DNA of 46,787 nucleotides, from NCBI GenBank assembly GCA_964444555.1, contig CAYUHC010000004.1, forward strand, positions 1-46,787. Direction: 5' to 3'. Made by a program: the position numbers and the translations under genes. Source of the DNA: an uncultured Candidatus Saccharibacteria bacterium (GTDB taxonomy: Bacteria > Patescibacteriota > Minisyncoccia > Phycocordibacterales > JACOZG01). Shown one piece after another: positions 7,480-18,000 of the stretch (position 1 is the first letter of the stretch; each line of letters starts with the position of its first letter). Below the pieces are notes generated by a model. It was not told where the DNA came from and did not search any database. It saw nothing but the letters and a program-made list of their open reading frames with translations.

Positions 7480-7815
7480 ATGGCTATTGATTACGAATAT
7501 TTTAAAGAGAAACTCTTAAACGAAAAGCGTCTCCTGGAGGAAGAGCGGGCCAATCAACCAAGCAACACTACGGCTGAGTTTAATGACGAGATTGCCGACC
7601 GACTCGAAGAGCAAGAAGAACGTCAGGCCACCAACGTTGAGGTGGACCATCGCTACAAATTAGTCCTCCACGCCCTCCGCCGCCTAGAAGAGGGGACTTA
7701 TGGCCTCTGCGAGATCTCGGGCGAGCCCATTGAGACGGAACGTCTCGAGGCCAATCCCGCCGCCCGGACCGCCAAAGCTCATCTCGACCAAGAAGACAGT
7801 CTGCCTATTGCCTAA
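7480..7815 (+). CDS. DksA/TraR-family-like protein with a degenerate zinc finger
   Basis: The C-terminal half YGLCEISGEPIETERLEANPAARTAKAH fits the TraR/DksA finger region, but only one of the four usual cysteines is present. The N-terminal half is an acidic coiled coil. Confidence 0.65.
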   Translation: MAIDYEYFKEKLLNEKRLLEEERANQPSNTTAEFNDEIADRLEEQEERQATNVEVDHRYKLVLHALRRLEEGTYGLCEISGEPIETERLEANPAARTAKAHLDQEDSLPIA

Positions 7816-7821
7816 ACCTCT

Positions 7822-9381
7822 ATGGTTTCCAAACTTCACTCGGCACAAGTTGTCGGCCTCTCGGCTAACCACATTATTGTTGAGGTTGATATTGCCAAAG
7901 GCCTCCACTCCTTTGCCATCGTCGGCCTACCCGACAAGGCGATTGAAGAATCTAAAGATCGCATTAGCGCCGCGATCAAAAATTCGGGCTTTAAGTCTCC
8001 GCAAAAGAGCAACAAAAAAGTAATCGTTAGTCTCGCTCCGGCCGATCTTAAAAAAGAAGGGCCGGTTTTTGATTTGGCCGTCGCGATGGCCTACCTCTTA
8101 GCTGGCAAAGAAATAAATTTTAATGCCGAGCAACGACTAATCGTTGGTGAACTGGCGCTAGACGGGAGCGTACGGGAAATCAAGGGCGCTCTGATGATTG
8201 CCCGCCTAGCCAAGCGGGCCGGCTTTCGCGAACTATATCTACCCAGAGCCAACGCCGCCGAAGCCGCTTTGATCGCTGATTTAACCGTCTACCCCGTGGA
8301 CACGCTCAGACAATTAGCTGACCATCTCTCGCCACCCAATCCAACGGACGAATTAGAACCGCCTGTACGACAAGAAATTACTCCGGCTCCCGCGACCGAA
8401 ATCGTTTACACCGAAGCTCATTACCCAAGCGACATGAGCGAAATTCGCGGCCAAGAGACAGCTAAACGGGGACTAGAAATCGCCGCGGCCGGCGGTCACA
8501 ACGTGGCGATGTCTGGTCCACCAGGAACCGGCAAAACGATGCTGGCCAAGGCCTTTACCTCCATCCTGCCACCACTCTCGTTTAACGACATTTTGGAAGT
8601 GACCGGCATCCATTCTGCCGCTGGATTATTAGAAGAAACCTTAATCACCGCGGCGCCGTTCCGCTCACCTCATCACACCTCCTCTTACGTCTCGCTTGTC
8701 GGCGGTGGAGCCTGGCCCAAACCGGGCGAGATCACCTTGGCGCATCGCGGCGTCTTATTTTTGGACGAATTTCCAGAATTTGAAAAGCGAGTCATTGAGG
8801 CGCTCCGCCAACCGCTGGAAGATCGAGTGATCAACGTCGCTCGAGCTCGAGGCAGTTTAAGCTTTCCGGCTGATTTTATTTTGATCGCGGCTATGAATCC
8901 TTGCCCCTGCGGCCATCGCGGCTCGCGCGGTCGCGAATGCGTTTGCTCACCAATGGCTCTGGCCCGTTATGGACGAAAAATTTCTGGACCAATTATTGAT
9001 CGAATTGATCTGTGGCTAGAAGTCGGCCCGATTGATCACGAAAAGTTGGCCGGGCCAACACTGGGGGAGAGTTCGGCCAGCTTGCGAGCGCGAGTGGAAG
9101 GAGCGCGAGCCCGCCAGGCGGCGCGCCTGCGCGCCGCCGGCCGCGAAGCCCGGACCAACAGCCAACTAAACACCAAGGACTTACGACTCTTAGCGCCACT
9201 CTCAGAGAGTAGCACCAAGTTACTAAACGAAGCGGCCAAAAAATTAGACCTTTCTGCTCGCGCTTATCATCGGATCATTAAACTCGCCCGCACCATCGCC
9301 GATTTAGCGGGCGATGAGGGGATTAAAGACGAACATCTCATTGAAGCTTTGCAATACCGCCCCCGAGCTATTGCAGTTTAA
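7822..9381 (+). CDS. comM: YifB/ComM family Mg-chelatase-like AAA+ ATPase
   Basis: The N-terminal part is Lon-protease-like (ChlI N-terminal type). Walker A is GPPGTGKT and Walker B is VLFLDEFPEF. The Cys cluster CPCGHRGSRGRECVCSP and a C-terminal HRIIKLARTIADL are also present. Confidence 0.9.
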   Translation: MVSKLHSAQVVGLSANHIIVEVDIAKGLHSFAIVGLPDKAIEESKDRISAAIKNSGFKSPQKSNKKVIVSLAPADLKKEGPVFDLAVAMAYLLAGKEINFNAEQRLIVGELALDGSVREIKGALMIARLAKRAGFRELYLPRANAAEAALIADLTVYPVDTLRQLADHLSPPNPTDELEPPVRQEITPAPATEIVYTEAHYPSDMSEIRGQETAKRGLEIAAAGGHNVAMSGPPGTGKTMLAKAFTSILPPLSFNDILEVTGIHSAAGLLEETLITAAPFRSPHHTSSYVSLVGGGAWPKPGEITLAHRGVLFLDEFPEFEKRVIEALRQPLEDRVINVARARGSLSFPADFILIAAMNPCPCGHRGSRGRECVCSPMALARYGRKISGPIIDRIDLWLEVGPIDHEKLAGPTLGESSASLRARVEGARARQAARLRAAGREARTNSQLNTKDLRLLAPLSESSTKLLNEAAKKLDLSARAYHRIIKLARTIADLAGDEGIKDEHLIEALQYRPRAIAV

Positions 9382-9459
9382 AAGAAAAATTTTTACAATA
9401 GTACACGGAAATCGATCATCGGGATCGTTCCCCATGCTTCTCAATCAGGAGTTTGACTA

Positions 9460-9615
9460 ATGGATACGATTCCAACCCCGCTCTTCCCCGACATCCCAGT
9501 CTCAAGCGAATCACCAAGTCCAGAACCGGAAACCGCCGACGAAACAGCCGCGATCGGGGATCCGCCCGGGCAACTGACGCTCGAATTTGCAGAGACAGCG
9601 CCAGACAAAAGATAG
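9460..9615 (+). CDS. Candidate small acidic, proline-rich protein (51 aa)
   Basis: This ORF is below the track cutoff and was read by hand: MDTIPTPLFPDIPVSSESPSPEPETADETAAIGDPPGQLTLEFAETAPDKR. CAGGAG sits about 9 nt upstream of the ATG. A strong terminator lies 30 nt downstream of the stop. It could instead be a noncoding RNA. Confidence 0.25.
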   Translation: MDTIPTPLFPDIPVSSESPSPEPETADETAAIGDPPGQLTLEFAETAPDKR

Positions 9616-9643
9616 CTCTCAAAAACGGTTTACCTTGGACCCC

Positions 9644-9683
9644 GATCCCCCGAAGACTTGCCAATCTCCGGGGGATTTTTTTT
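9644..9683 (+). terminator. Intrinsic terminator
   Basis: An 8-bp stem ATCCCCCG/CGGGGGAT with a 16-nt loop is followed by 8 consecutive T (9676-9683). It abuts the stop codon of the convergent M23 gene at 9685. Confidence 0.6.
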
Positions 9684-9684
9684 A

Positions 9685-10749
9685 TTAAAACGGATTCTTC
9701 GCGCCGCGAATTTCGAAATGGAGGTGAGTACCGGTCGAACGGCCAGTATTACCCATATAACCAATCACTTGCCCCTGAGTTACCCGCGCGCCCATCGCCA
9801 CCGCCGTTGATTGGAGGTGAGCGTACAAAGTCTGAGTCCCGTTAGAGTGAGAGATGACGACATAATTACCATAGCCACCATTCCAACCACCCTCACGGCT
9901 GATAATTACTTGCCCCGCGGCCGAAGCGAGAATTGGGGTCCCCGATTTAGCGGCGAGGTCCACGCCGTTATAGCCGTGTAGACCTTGAGTTTTTACTCCG
10001 CCTACCAATGGCCGCAAATAGTAGCCCGCGTAACTTGGTCCGGTACTGCCCTTAACTGGTGGCTTAGCGCCCGGCTTAGTTGTCGTCACTGGCGCCACTT
10101 CGCCATTAGGCACAATCACCACCTGACCAATCTTAACTTCGTCACTTTCTAAGCCGTTAAATTGAGCGATTTCGGTCGCGTCACCCTTATATTTTTTAGC
10201 AATGCTGGCCAACGTTTCGCCGCGCGCCACCGTATGACGGACGCCAGAAACTGGCAGAATAATCAAAATCTGACCTTCCTTAAGTGGCGTCTTGGCCGAC
10301 ATGTCGTTAGCCCAAGCAATCGTGTTGACCGAGACGCCGTACATCTCCGCGATTTGCGAAATAGAATCACCAGCCCTCACCACATAGACGCTAATCTCGT
10401 CGGTGGTGGGGGAATCATCAAGATCTGCCAAAGTACCCTCTGGGCCAGACTCGGCCAAGAGAGCTGAGCCCGAAACAATGGTGTTGTCGCCACCGCCCAA
10501 ACCCCGTCCCGAACCCAAATTAACGCCCAAACTTGGCTCTAAACCAATCTTTTGAGAATTAACCGCCGCCAGATTAGAACCCGCTTCCACCCGAGCGGAA
10601 GAGATCACGTCAAACCAAGAAAATAAACCGGCCTCAACTGGTCGGGGAGCAACGCCGCCGGCCAAAATCACCGCGGCTACAGCGGCAACAAAAACTGGCC
10701 CGAAACGTCGTGCCCTTGAGAAATCGCTATTAAATTGAGGTCGATCCAA
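9685..10749 (-). CDS. LysM-domain M23 family peptidoglycan metalloendopeptidase
   Basis: It has an N-terminal TM or signal segment and two LysM repeats (YVVRAGDSISQIAEMYGVSVNTIAWAN and HTVARGETLASIAKKYKGDATEIAQFN). The M23 motifs are GYMGNTGRSTGTHLHFEIR. The start appears to be TTG at 10749. Confidence 0.85.
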   Translation of the reverse strand: MDRPQFNSDFSRARRFGPVFVAAVAAVILAGGVAPRPVEAGLFSWFDVISSARVEAGSNLAAVNSQKIGLEPSLGVNLGSGRGLGGGDNTIVSGSALLAESGPEGTLADLDDSPTTDEISVYVVRAGDSISQIAEMYGVSVNTIAWANDMSAKTPLKEGQILIILPVSGVRHTVARGETLASIAKKYKGDATEIAQFNGLESDEVKIGQVVIVPNGEVAPVTTTKPGAKPPVKGSTGPSYAGYYLRPLVGGVKTQGLHGYNGVDLAAKSGTPILASAAGQVIISREGGWNGGYGNYVVISHSNGTQTLYAHLQSTAVAMGARVTQGQVIGYMGNTGRSTGTHLHFEIRGAKNPF

Positions 10750-10895
10750 AATAAGCCTTAAAGTAAGCCCCGCTATCGATGTTCCGGTCTTAAAATGGCT
10801 CTACATAGCCATTTTAATCAATCATTCATCCAAGCTACGGAGGCATTATAGCGTCCCCTCCGCCAGCAAGCAAGCTATGTTACACTAAAGCGCAC

Positions 10896-12821
10896 ATGGA
10901 TCCTTTAGCTGGCCTTAATCCTTCGCAAACTACAGCCGCCGCTCACCAAAACGGCCCACTATTGGTGGTCGCCGGTGCCGGAGCCGGAAAAACGAAAACG
11001 GTCGCTCATCGGATCTGGAATCTAATCCACCACGGCGTGCCCCCAGAAGCGATTTTGGCCATCACCTTTACCAACAAAGCGGCCAGCGAAATGCGTGAAC
11101 GAGTCCACCGCTTGGTAACGGCCGCCACGGGAGAAAATCGACAACCCTTCGTCTCGACCTTCCACGCACTAGGAGTATTTATCATCCGAGAGAATGCTGC
11201 GCTTTTAGGATTAAGTAAATTTTTCTCGATCATTGACAAAGACGAAGCTTTGTCGGCCATTAAAAGTATTTTGAAGGAGCGCGGCCACGACCCCAAAACT
11301 GTCGAACCTAAAAAAGTTTTGAGCGCCATCTCGCGCGCCAAAGGGGCGGGGATTACTCAAAGCAATTTTGCCGAGCGTCACGTCGAAAGCTATTTTGGCG
11401 AAATTGTCTCAAGCGTTTGGCGCGCTTACGACTCGCGGCTCAAAGAGCAGGGGGCTCTCGACTTTGATGATCTGCTCCAAAAAACTGTCGAGCTCTGGAA
11501 AAATCATCCCGCCGTTTTGGAACGCTACCAAAACCGTTGGCGCTATCTGCACATCGACGAATATCAAGACACCAACAGCATCCAATATCAGATGGCGCGT
11601 CTTTTGGCTGCGCGTCATCGCAACATCTGCGTCGTGGGCGACATTGATCAATCAATTTATTCTTGGCGCGGCGCTGACTACAAAAATATTATGCGCTTCG
11701 AAGAAGATTACCCTGACGCCACCGTCGTCACCTTGGAACAAAATTATCGTTCGACCAAAACGATCCTGGCGGCGGCCAACGCCGTCATCAAAAAAAATCG
11801 CTCTCGCCGCGAAAAAAATCTGTTCACCGATAACGAAGACGGCGAATTGATCAAATTGATCGTAGCCTTCGACGGCAATGATGAAGCCGCCAGGATCGCG
11901 AACGAAGCAAACGCCCTCATTCGCAGTGGAACCAAAGCCAGCGACATTGCCGTGCTCTATCGAGCCAACTTCTTGTCGCGCGCGCTCGAAGAAGCTTTTT
12001 TGCGCGCCGGCGTCCATTATCACGTTTTAGGTACCCGCTTTTTTGAGCGGGCCGAAGTCAAAGATGTTTTAGCTTTTCTAAAAGCCGCGCTGAATCCGCA
12101 AGATATCGAAAGCACTAAAAGAATTATCAATGTACCAGCCCGCGGCATCGGCAAAGTAACGCTGGCCAAATTATTTGCTCACGGTCCAGACTCTCTCGCC
12201 AAAGAAGTGCGAAAAAAAGTTAACGACTTCTACGAAACAATGGCCGACATCAAGCGCGTTGCCGAACAAGAAAAACCCTCCGTCACGATTAAATACATTG
12301 TTGAACGAAGCGGTCTGGCCAACGCGCTGAAGGCCGGTGGTGATGACGATCTCGAGCGCCTAGAAAACGTCCGCGAACTCGCCACTCTCGCGACTAAGTA
12401 TGATGATCTCGGACCAGAGGAGGGGATTTGGAAACTCCTCACCGAAGCGGCGCTAATGTCGGATCAAGACGAACTAACCGAAGATCAAAAGGGCGTCCAC
12501 TTGATGACGGTCCATGCCGCCAAGGGTCTGGAATTTGATTACGTCTTTGTGGCTGGGTTAGAGCAAGATCTGTTCCCCAGTGGGCGATCGAAAAATGAGG
12601 ACGCCGACCACCGCGACGACGAAGAGGAGCGACGACTATTTTACGTTGCGGTGACGCGAGCCAAAAAACGACTCTACCTAACTTACGCTCAGATGCGCAC
12701 CATCTACGGTCAGCGGATGATGACTCTGCCCTCAGAATTTATCGGCGACATCGCGCCTGAATTGTTGGAGGCCGAAGATGCCGAAGATCCATTTAAAAAT
12801 TCCTATTTTATTGATTTTTAA
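10896..12821 (+). CDS. UvrD/PcrA/Rep family ATP-dependent DNA helicase
   Basis: Walker A is AGAGAGKTKT. Also present are DEYQDTN, VGDIDQSIYSWRGA, NYRST and TVHAAKGLEFDYVFV. Confidence 0.9.
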   Translation: MDPLAGLNPSQTTAAAHQNGPLLVVAGAGAGKTKTVAHRIWNLIHHGVPPEAILAITFTNKAASEMRERVHRLVTAATGENRQPFVSTFHALGVFIIRENAALLGLSKFFSIIDKDEALSAIKSILKERGHDPKTVEPKKVLSAISRAKGAGITQSNFAERHVESYFGEIVSSVWRAYDSRLKEQGALDFDDLLQKTVELWKNHPAVLERYQNRWRYLHIDEYQDTNSIQYQMARLLAARHRNICVVGDIDQSIYSWRGADYKNIMRFEEDYPDATVVTLEQNYRSTKTILAAANAVIKKNRSRREKNLFTDNEDGELIKLIVAFDGNDEAARIANEANALIRSGTKASDIAVLYRANFLSRALEEAFLRAGVHYHVLGTRFFERAEVKDVLAFLKAALNPQDIESTKRIINVPARGIGKVTLAKLFAHGPDSLAKEVRKKVNDFYETMADIKRVAEQEKPSVTIKYIVERSGLANALKAGGDDDLERLENVRELATLATKYDDLGPEEGIWKLLTEAALMSDQDELTEDQKGVHLMTVHAAKGLEFDYVFVAGLEQDLFPSGRSKNEDADHRDDEEERRLFYVAVTRAKKRLYLTYAQMRTIYGQRMMTLPSEFIGDIAPELLEAEDAEDPFKNSYFIDF

Positions 12822-12825
12822 TTTT

Positions 12826-13584
12826 ATGCAAGCAAAAAAGTCTCTGGGGCAAAATTGGCTCCGATCAGAAAGTGCCCGGCACGCCATCATCCAAGCGGCC
12901 GAGCTTAAAGCGAGGGATAAGGTGTTAGAAATTGGCCCCGGCGAAGGTTTTTTAACCGAAGCCCTGCTGGCCAGCGGCGCCAACGTCATGGCGATTGAGA
13001 AGGACGATCGACTCATTGGCCTACTTTCTACCAAATTTTCCTCCTTTCTCGCGTCGGGCCAACTCGAATTAATCCACGGCGACGCGCTAAATCAACCGCC
13101 GCCAGCCGATCAGTATAAAATCGTGGCCAATATCCCTTATTACCTAACCGGGGAGCTGTTGCGCCACTTCCTAACCCACTCCCACCAGCCAATTCAAATG
13201 GTCTTAATGGTCCAAAAAGAGGTGGCTGACCGGATTATTGCCCGAGATGGCAAAGAATCCTTGCTCTCAATCTCGGTGAAAGCTTATGGCGAGCCAGTTT
13301 ACGTCAAAACCGTGCCGCGCGGAGCCTTTTCGCCCGTACCCAACGTTGATTCGGCTATCCTTAACATCAAAAACATCTCTCGAGCTCGTCTAAACAAGGC
13401 AGAGGAGGCTCGTTTTTGGGAAATTCTCCATTTAGGCTTCGCTCATAAACGTAAGTTAGTCTTAAAAAACCTTGATTGTTCGACAGCCATCGCCGAGCTC
13501 TGTACAATTAGCCCCAAGGCGCGAGCAGAAAATCTAACTCTTAAACAATGGCTATGTCTAACGAATCAACCGAAACTCCAGTAA
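12826..13584 (+). CDS. rsmA: 16S rRNA (adenine1518/1519-N6)-dimethyltransferase
   Basis: KSLGQNWL, the SAM motif LEIGPGEGFLTEAL and NIPYY are present. The track ORF starts at 12778 inside the helicase gene. The ATG at 12826 (MQAKKSLGQNW) follows the helicase stop. Confidence 0.9.
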   Translation: MQAKKSLGQNWLRSESARHAIIQAAELKARDKVLEIGPGEGFLTEALLASGANVMAIEKDDRLIGLLSTKFSSFLASGQLELIHGDALNQPPPADQYKIVANIPYYLTGELLRHFLTHSHQPIQMVLMVQKEVADRIIARDGKESLLSISVKAYGEPVYVKTVPRGAFSPVPNVDSAILNIKNISRARLNKAEEARFWEILHLGFAHKRKLVLKNLDCSTAIAELCTISPKARAENLTLKQWLCLTNQPKLQ

Positions 13585-14135
13585 AATTACCCGGTTCAGG
13601 CTGGTTTATGGCCATTATTGGCCTCGCTTTGGTCGTTTTGGGGCTAGCGCACTCACTGGCTGGCAGTGCCAATCCGTCTCTGGCCAACGGGCCAAGAAGC
13701 ACCGCAAACCCGTCCATCACTGACGAAAATGCCACTTTACCGCTCAGCAAGGCCACCACTTCCAAAATCAAAATCAACAACTTAACCCTGGACGTCTTTT
13801 TGGCCACTGATCCGGTGGCTCAAGCCCGAGGCTTATCTGGCCGACCCGCTCTTGGCCCCCTCGAAGGCATGCTCTTTATTTTCAACCGCGACACCGAACC
13901 AAACTTCTGGATGAAGGACATGAACTTCGCCATCGACATTATTTGGATTAATCAAGCTGGCCAAGTAATCGCCATCGAACCCAATCTTACGCCCGACACT
14001 TACCCAAATTATTTTGCTCCGCCAGAACCAATTCGCTACGTCTTGGAAGTAAACGCCGGCTTTGCCGATACTCATCAAATTACGCTGGGCAATTTTATCC
14101 ACTTTCTTGAGCCAGAAGTCGTGAACACTCGGTGA
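13548..14135 (+). CDS. DUF192 domain protein with N-terminal membrane anchor
   Basis: ARGLSGRPALGPLEGMLFIF...FWMKDMNFAIDIIWIN is the DUF192 signature. The TM helix is WFMAIIGLALVVLGLA. Confidence 0.8.
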   Translation: MAMSNESTETPVKLPGSGWFMAIIGLALVVLGLAHSLAGSANPSLANGPRSTANPSITDENATLPLSKATTSKIKINNLTLDVFLATDPVAQARGLSGRPALGPLEGMLFIFNRDTEPNFWMKDMNFAIDIIWINQAGQVIAIEPNLTPDTYPNYFAPPEPIRYVLEVNAGFADTHQITLGNFIHFLEPEVVNTR

Positions 14136-14158
14136 AAAACAAGTTATAATAAACTTGG

Positions 14159-15013
14159 GTGAAGAGAAAAATATTTATTTTCGCGCTCGTCGCGATTCTT
14201 GTTGTAGGTGGCGGAGTAATTTTCTTGTGGACTTTAGGAAATAAAACACTCCAAGATCAAGAGCTCGCGGCTCAAGGTTTTAAAAAAATTGATCAACCAG
14301 ATTCAGACGGGGATGGTCTGGCTGACTGGGAGGAAGAGTTATGGGAGACGGATCCACAAAAATCCGACACGGACGGCGACGGCACTAGCGATGGGGAAGA
14401 AATTAAAGCCCGTCGCGACCCGCGACGGGCTGGACCAAATGACCAACTTAAAACTAGCAACGAACAGCTAGAAGCATTAGTCCATTCCGCGATCGAAAAG
14501 AAGCAGGCACCGATCGTCATTGCCCCGCCAGAAATGGTGGCCGCTCGCCAAGCCATCCCCAGCGCCGCCATTACCATCGCTCAAGTTAGCCCCGAGAGCT
14601 ATGGCCAAAATCTGACCGTGGCTTTAAAACCTTACCTCCTCACTCACCAGTCTAATATGGCGCGAGAGCTCACCAGCTTTCTCACCAACAACCAAACGAG
14701 CCACTTAACAACGATCAATCTGGCTAACAACGGGATCGCCACGTCTTTAAAAGCTCTGCCAAGTGTTTCGGTACCAGCAGAAATTGCCTCGAGCCACCGC
14801 GCCTTCGTCGAGCACTTAGTAAAAGTGGGAGAACTCTTGGGCTACATGAGCAAAGCGGCCACTGAACCGATTGTAGCTGTCCAAGCAGGGCAAGTTTACC
14901 AATACGAGTACGCCCAAGTGATAAAATTTTTATTAGAAATTAACGCCTTCTTAATCAAGAACAACGTTAAGCTGGATGCTTCGAGCACGCCACCCATTTT
15001 GATTAATTATTAA
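14159..15013 (+). CDS. Membrane-anchored protein with thrombospondin-type-3-like Ca-binding repeats
   Basis: The start is GTG and the TM helix is IFIFALVAILVVGGGVIFLW. Then come DSDGDGLADWEEELWETDPQKSDTDGDGTSDGEE (DxDxDG repeats). The C-terminal domain is unknown. This is the first gene of the 14159-26730 same-strand cluster. Confidence 0.6.
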   Translation: MKRKIFIFALVAILVVGGGVIFLWTLGNKTLQDQELAAQGFKKIDQPDSDGDGLADWEEELWETDPQKSDTDGDGTSDGEEIKARRDPRRAGPNDQLKTSNEQLEALVHSAIEKKQAPIVIAPPEMVAARQAIPSAAITIAQVSPESYGQNLTVALKPYLLTHQSNMARELTSFLTNNQTSHLTTINLANNGIATSLKALPSVSVPAEIASSHRAFVEHLVKVGELLGYMSKAATEPIVAVQAGQVYQYEYAQVIKFLLEINAFLIKNNVKLDASSTPPILINY

Positions 15014-15015
15014 AC

Positions 15016-18000
15016 ATGAAATCATTCACTTGGTACTCTCTAAGTTTAGTTCTAGCTCTAGTTAGTTTGGGTGGCGTCACAAAAGCCCAACAGGTCCTGT
15101 GTGTTGGCCCCAGTTGCGGACAAACTGTCTCGCAAAGTTTGGGCGCGCCAAGAAGCTCGGTTCCTAGCGGACAAACCATTATGGTTCGCCAGCGCAACGC
15201 CGATGGCCAACAATGCCAAGCCGAATCTGGTGGTGTTGGCGGTTTTATCGAACAAGCCATGAGCTTGCAGGGTATCCTGGGTTCCGGATTACAACAAACA
15301 CTTGGTTCCACGGTGCAAAATCTTTTCTCAAACAAAATTCCCGGGATCATCCAAGACCAAATCACCAATCGTCTCCCGTCCCTGATCGAGAGAGGAGTGC
15401 GTGACCAATTGCCTGGCAGAATCTCCCAACAAGTAAGCGGGATGCAACGCCGAGGCATGAGCGAAAGCGCGATCAAAGCCGCTTTACCCCAAATCGTTTC
15501 TCAACTTCTCCAACAACTCATCTCTGAGTTAGTAAAAAGCCAAACTCCGGTGGCCATTGAGGAGGGTCTACGCCGCGAATTGCCCGCCGACCTCGTCGCC
15601 GAATTTAACGCCAAGGTCCCAGAAATTTTAGAAACCGGCGGATTTAATGAACAAATAAACGATCTAGTCTCGAGCACCACGGCCGAACTTGGCAACCTGC
15701 GCTCAAGAATTAGCTCGCGAGATCGGGAAGAATACGCCGAACAATTATCCGAAGAACTGGCGACTCAAGTTCAACAAGGCATCAACACTTCCAGTGGGAT
15801 TAGCGACCTCGCCAATAGTTTAACTATCGCCTTTAGTGACGTGCTAATGCCGCAGATCGAACAGATTCTCGCCCCGCAACTCAATCAAATATTCTCCGGC
15901 GGAGGCAATAGCGGCTTTGGTGGATCAGTCGACACCACCGTCAGTGGCTTATTCGGCAATAACTTTTCGCTCTCCGGCGGTATCTCGGGCGATGTAATCA
16001 ATCCGATTGTCACTTCAATCAGTCCATCCATCGGCCAATTTGGTTGGTCGGCCGGCAATAGTATTGCCGGCGCTTTCGGCAATGGACAAATGTCTCCCGG
16101 TAAACTCCAAGCCATTGGCCAGGGGAGCGGCACTCAATCAGCGGAATTTCGTTCCAGTTTAGGTGGCGACGTCGACACCTCCCAACTCGATGCCGACATG
16201 GGTAAAGTCAGTCAAAGCGGCGCCTCGCAAGCCTCCAGCGGTTCGTCTCAAGCGGCGCAAAATGCCGCTACTAAAACTGGCGCCCTTGATGGGCTGAACA
16301 CTAGCATTAGTCAAGGATTTGTAAGTGGTGTCTCTGGCGGACTGGGCGGATTAGTCGGCGGGGTACCTTATGTAGGCGGCATCCTCTCACCAATTGTCCA
16401 AAATTACACCGAAGGGTTTTTAAGCGGTCTTCTTGGGCTCCAACCCGGACTTGGCTGGCCCGTCACCGACGTAGGAACCCAGCAAACTGTTTCTGGCGGC
16501 TTTCAAGAAAGCAACAAGATTCAAGGTAAAATCCAAGAGGCCTCTGATCAAACAAAAGAAAACACTTCTAAAGAGGTTACGCTCCAAACTCAAATGTGCA
16601 CTCTAGAAAAACAGCTCAAGGGGGTCGCTTACCGTACCGAAGAAAAAGAATTCGTTCTTGATCCAGCGGCTCGCAAAGCTGCCTTTCTAGCCTTCCAAGA
16701 ACTTTACAACGCTTACCGCGATTACTTTACGCGCGGCTACAACCCAGGCGACAGCGAAGTGGCGAGTGGAGACGGTAGCACCGGTCAAAGCGGCGAATCA
16801 TTTGTTGCCGACTACAATCTCGACCAAGAACGCGCCGCCGAAGAAGCGCGCGCCGACGTTGTTAGCAAACTACAAAATAGCGAAAATCCTTACGCCAGCG
16901 ACGTCGTTGAACAAATTATCGCGACCCAAAATCAATTTTACGGCCAACCGCTAGCCGAAGAGGAGTGCGCCAAACTAGCCCCAGACTCTGGAGCCAAATT
17001 AACTGGGGAAGAATACAACGAACTACTATTTAGTTGTTCTAATCCGATCAATTATCCTCGGGGCGTCCTCACGCTAACGCAAGACGCCATGAGCCAAGCC
17101 GCTAATCAGGCCGAACAAGAAGCCCGCGATCGCTATCTGGCCAATCAAGGAGTGCGCGACACCCGAGTTTGTGCTGAGTGGTCAGACAATCCACTGGAAG
17201 CCGGCAATCTTAGCGACTCGCTTACCAACAGTGGGGCAGGTGACATCTTAAGCGGCACACCCCTGGGAACCGGCGGTCGCTATTGTAAGCGCTGGGTGAC
17301 CACCACTCCGGGCTCAAGCAACAAATCCTACATGGATCGTTTGTTGACGGCCTTTGTGGACTTTATGGTCAACACTCACGAAGTAGGGGAAGACTTTATT
17401 AACGGCTATCAACTGCAACCACAAAAAGATCTCACTAATCTGGCTCAGAAAAATGATCCGATTCCGCAAACCAATGATCCCTGCCCCGACACGGGTGGCT
17501 GTCCAAACACCGGCTGGTCGTACAATCAAGTAGATACCTCGGCTCTAAATCAGGCGGCCCAAAATGGTGTGGAATCTCTCTTCTATAATCTAATCAACGG
17601 CGGTGGAGATGACGACTCGCCAAGCGGTGGTGGCTCCTTTAATCTGGGCGGCTTACCAAACTTTAACTTACCAGCCATCGACTTTAGCGCCTTGTTCCAA
17701 AATCAAGTCGCCACTCAGCCCGCAATCGCCGCACCATCAATTAGCATCCAACAATCAACGGTTGACGTGCCGCCCGCGAGCAAAAAATCTACCGTCTCTT
17801 GGACAACCGGCAACGCGAGCGTCTGCTTTACGGCCAGTGATTGGCTAAGCGGCACCTGGCCCGGGAACATCAGCACCACTACCGCCGGTGACATCCTGGA
17901 AACAACGGGGGAGTTAAGCATCGATTATCCAGCGGGCACGAAAGTCAACTTAGTCTACGCCATTAATTGTTATAATTCTCAGGGAGTAAGCAACGAAACC

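Noticed and set aside
9453-9845. 130-aa plus-strand ORF spanning the comM-M23 spacer and the 3' end of the M23 gene
   Set aside because: It is Arg/Ser/Pro-rich and overlaps the well-supported M23 peptidase on the opposite strand. It also runs through a strong terminator at 9644-9683.
11006-12442. Several 67-160-aa ORFs in other frames and on the other strand within the UvrD/PcrA gene
   Set aside because: All are nested in a gene with complete helicase motifs, and none shows motifs of its own. The same reasoning applies to the antisense ORFs inside cca, the 1002-aa gene, virB4-like, polA and others.
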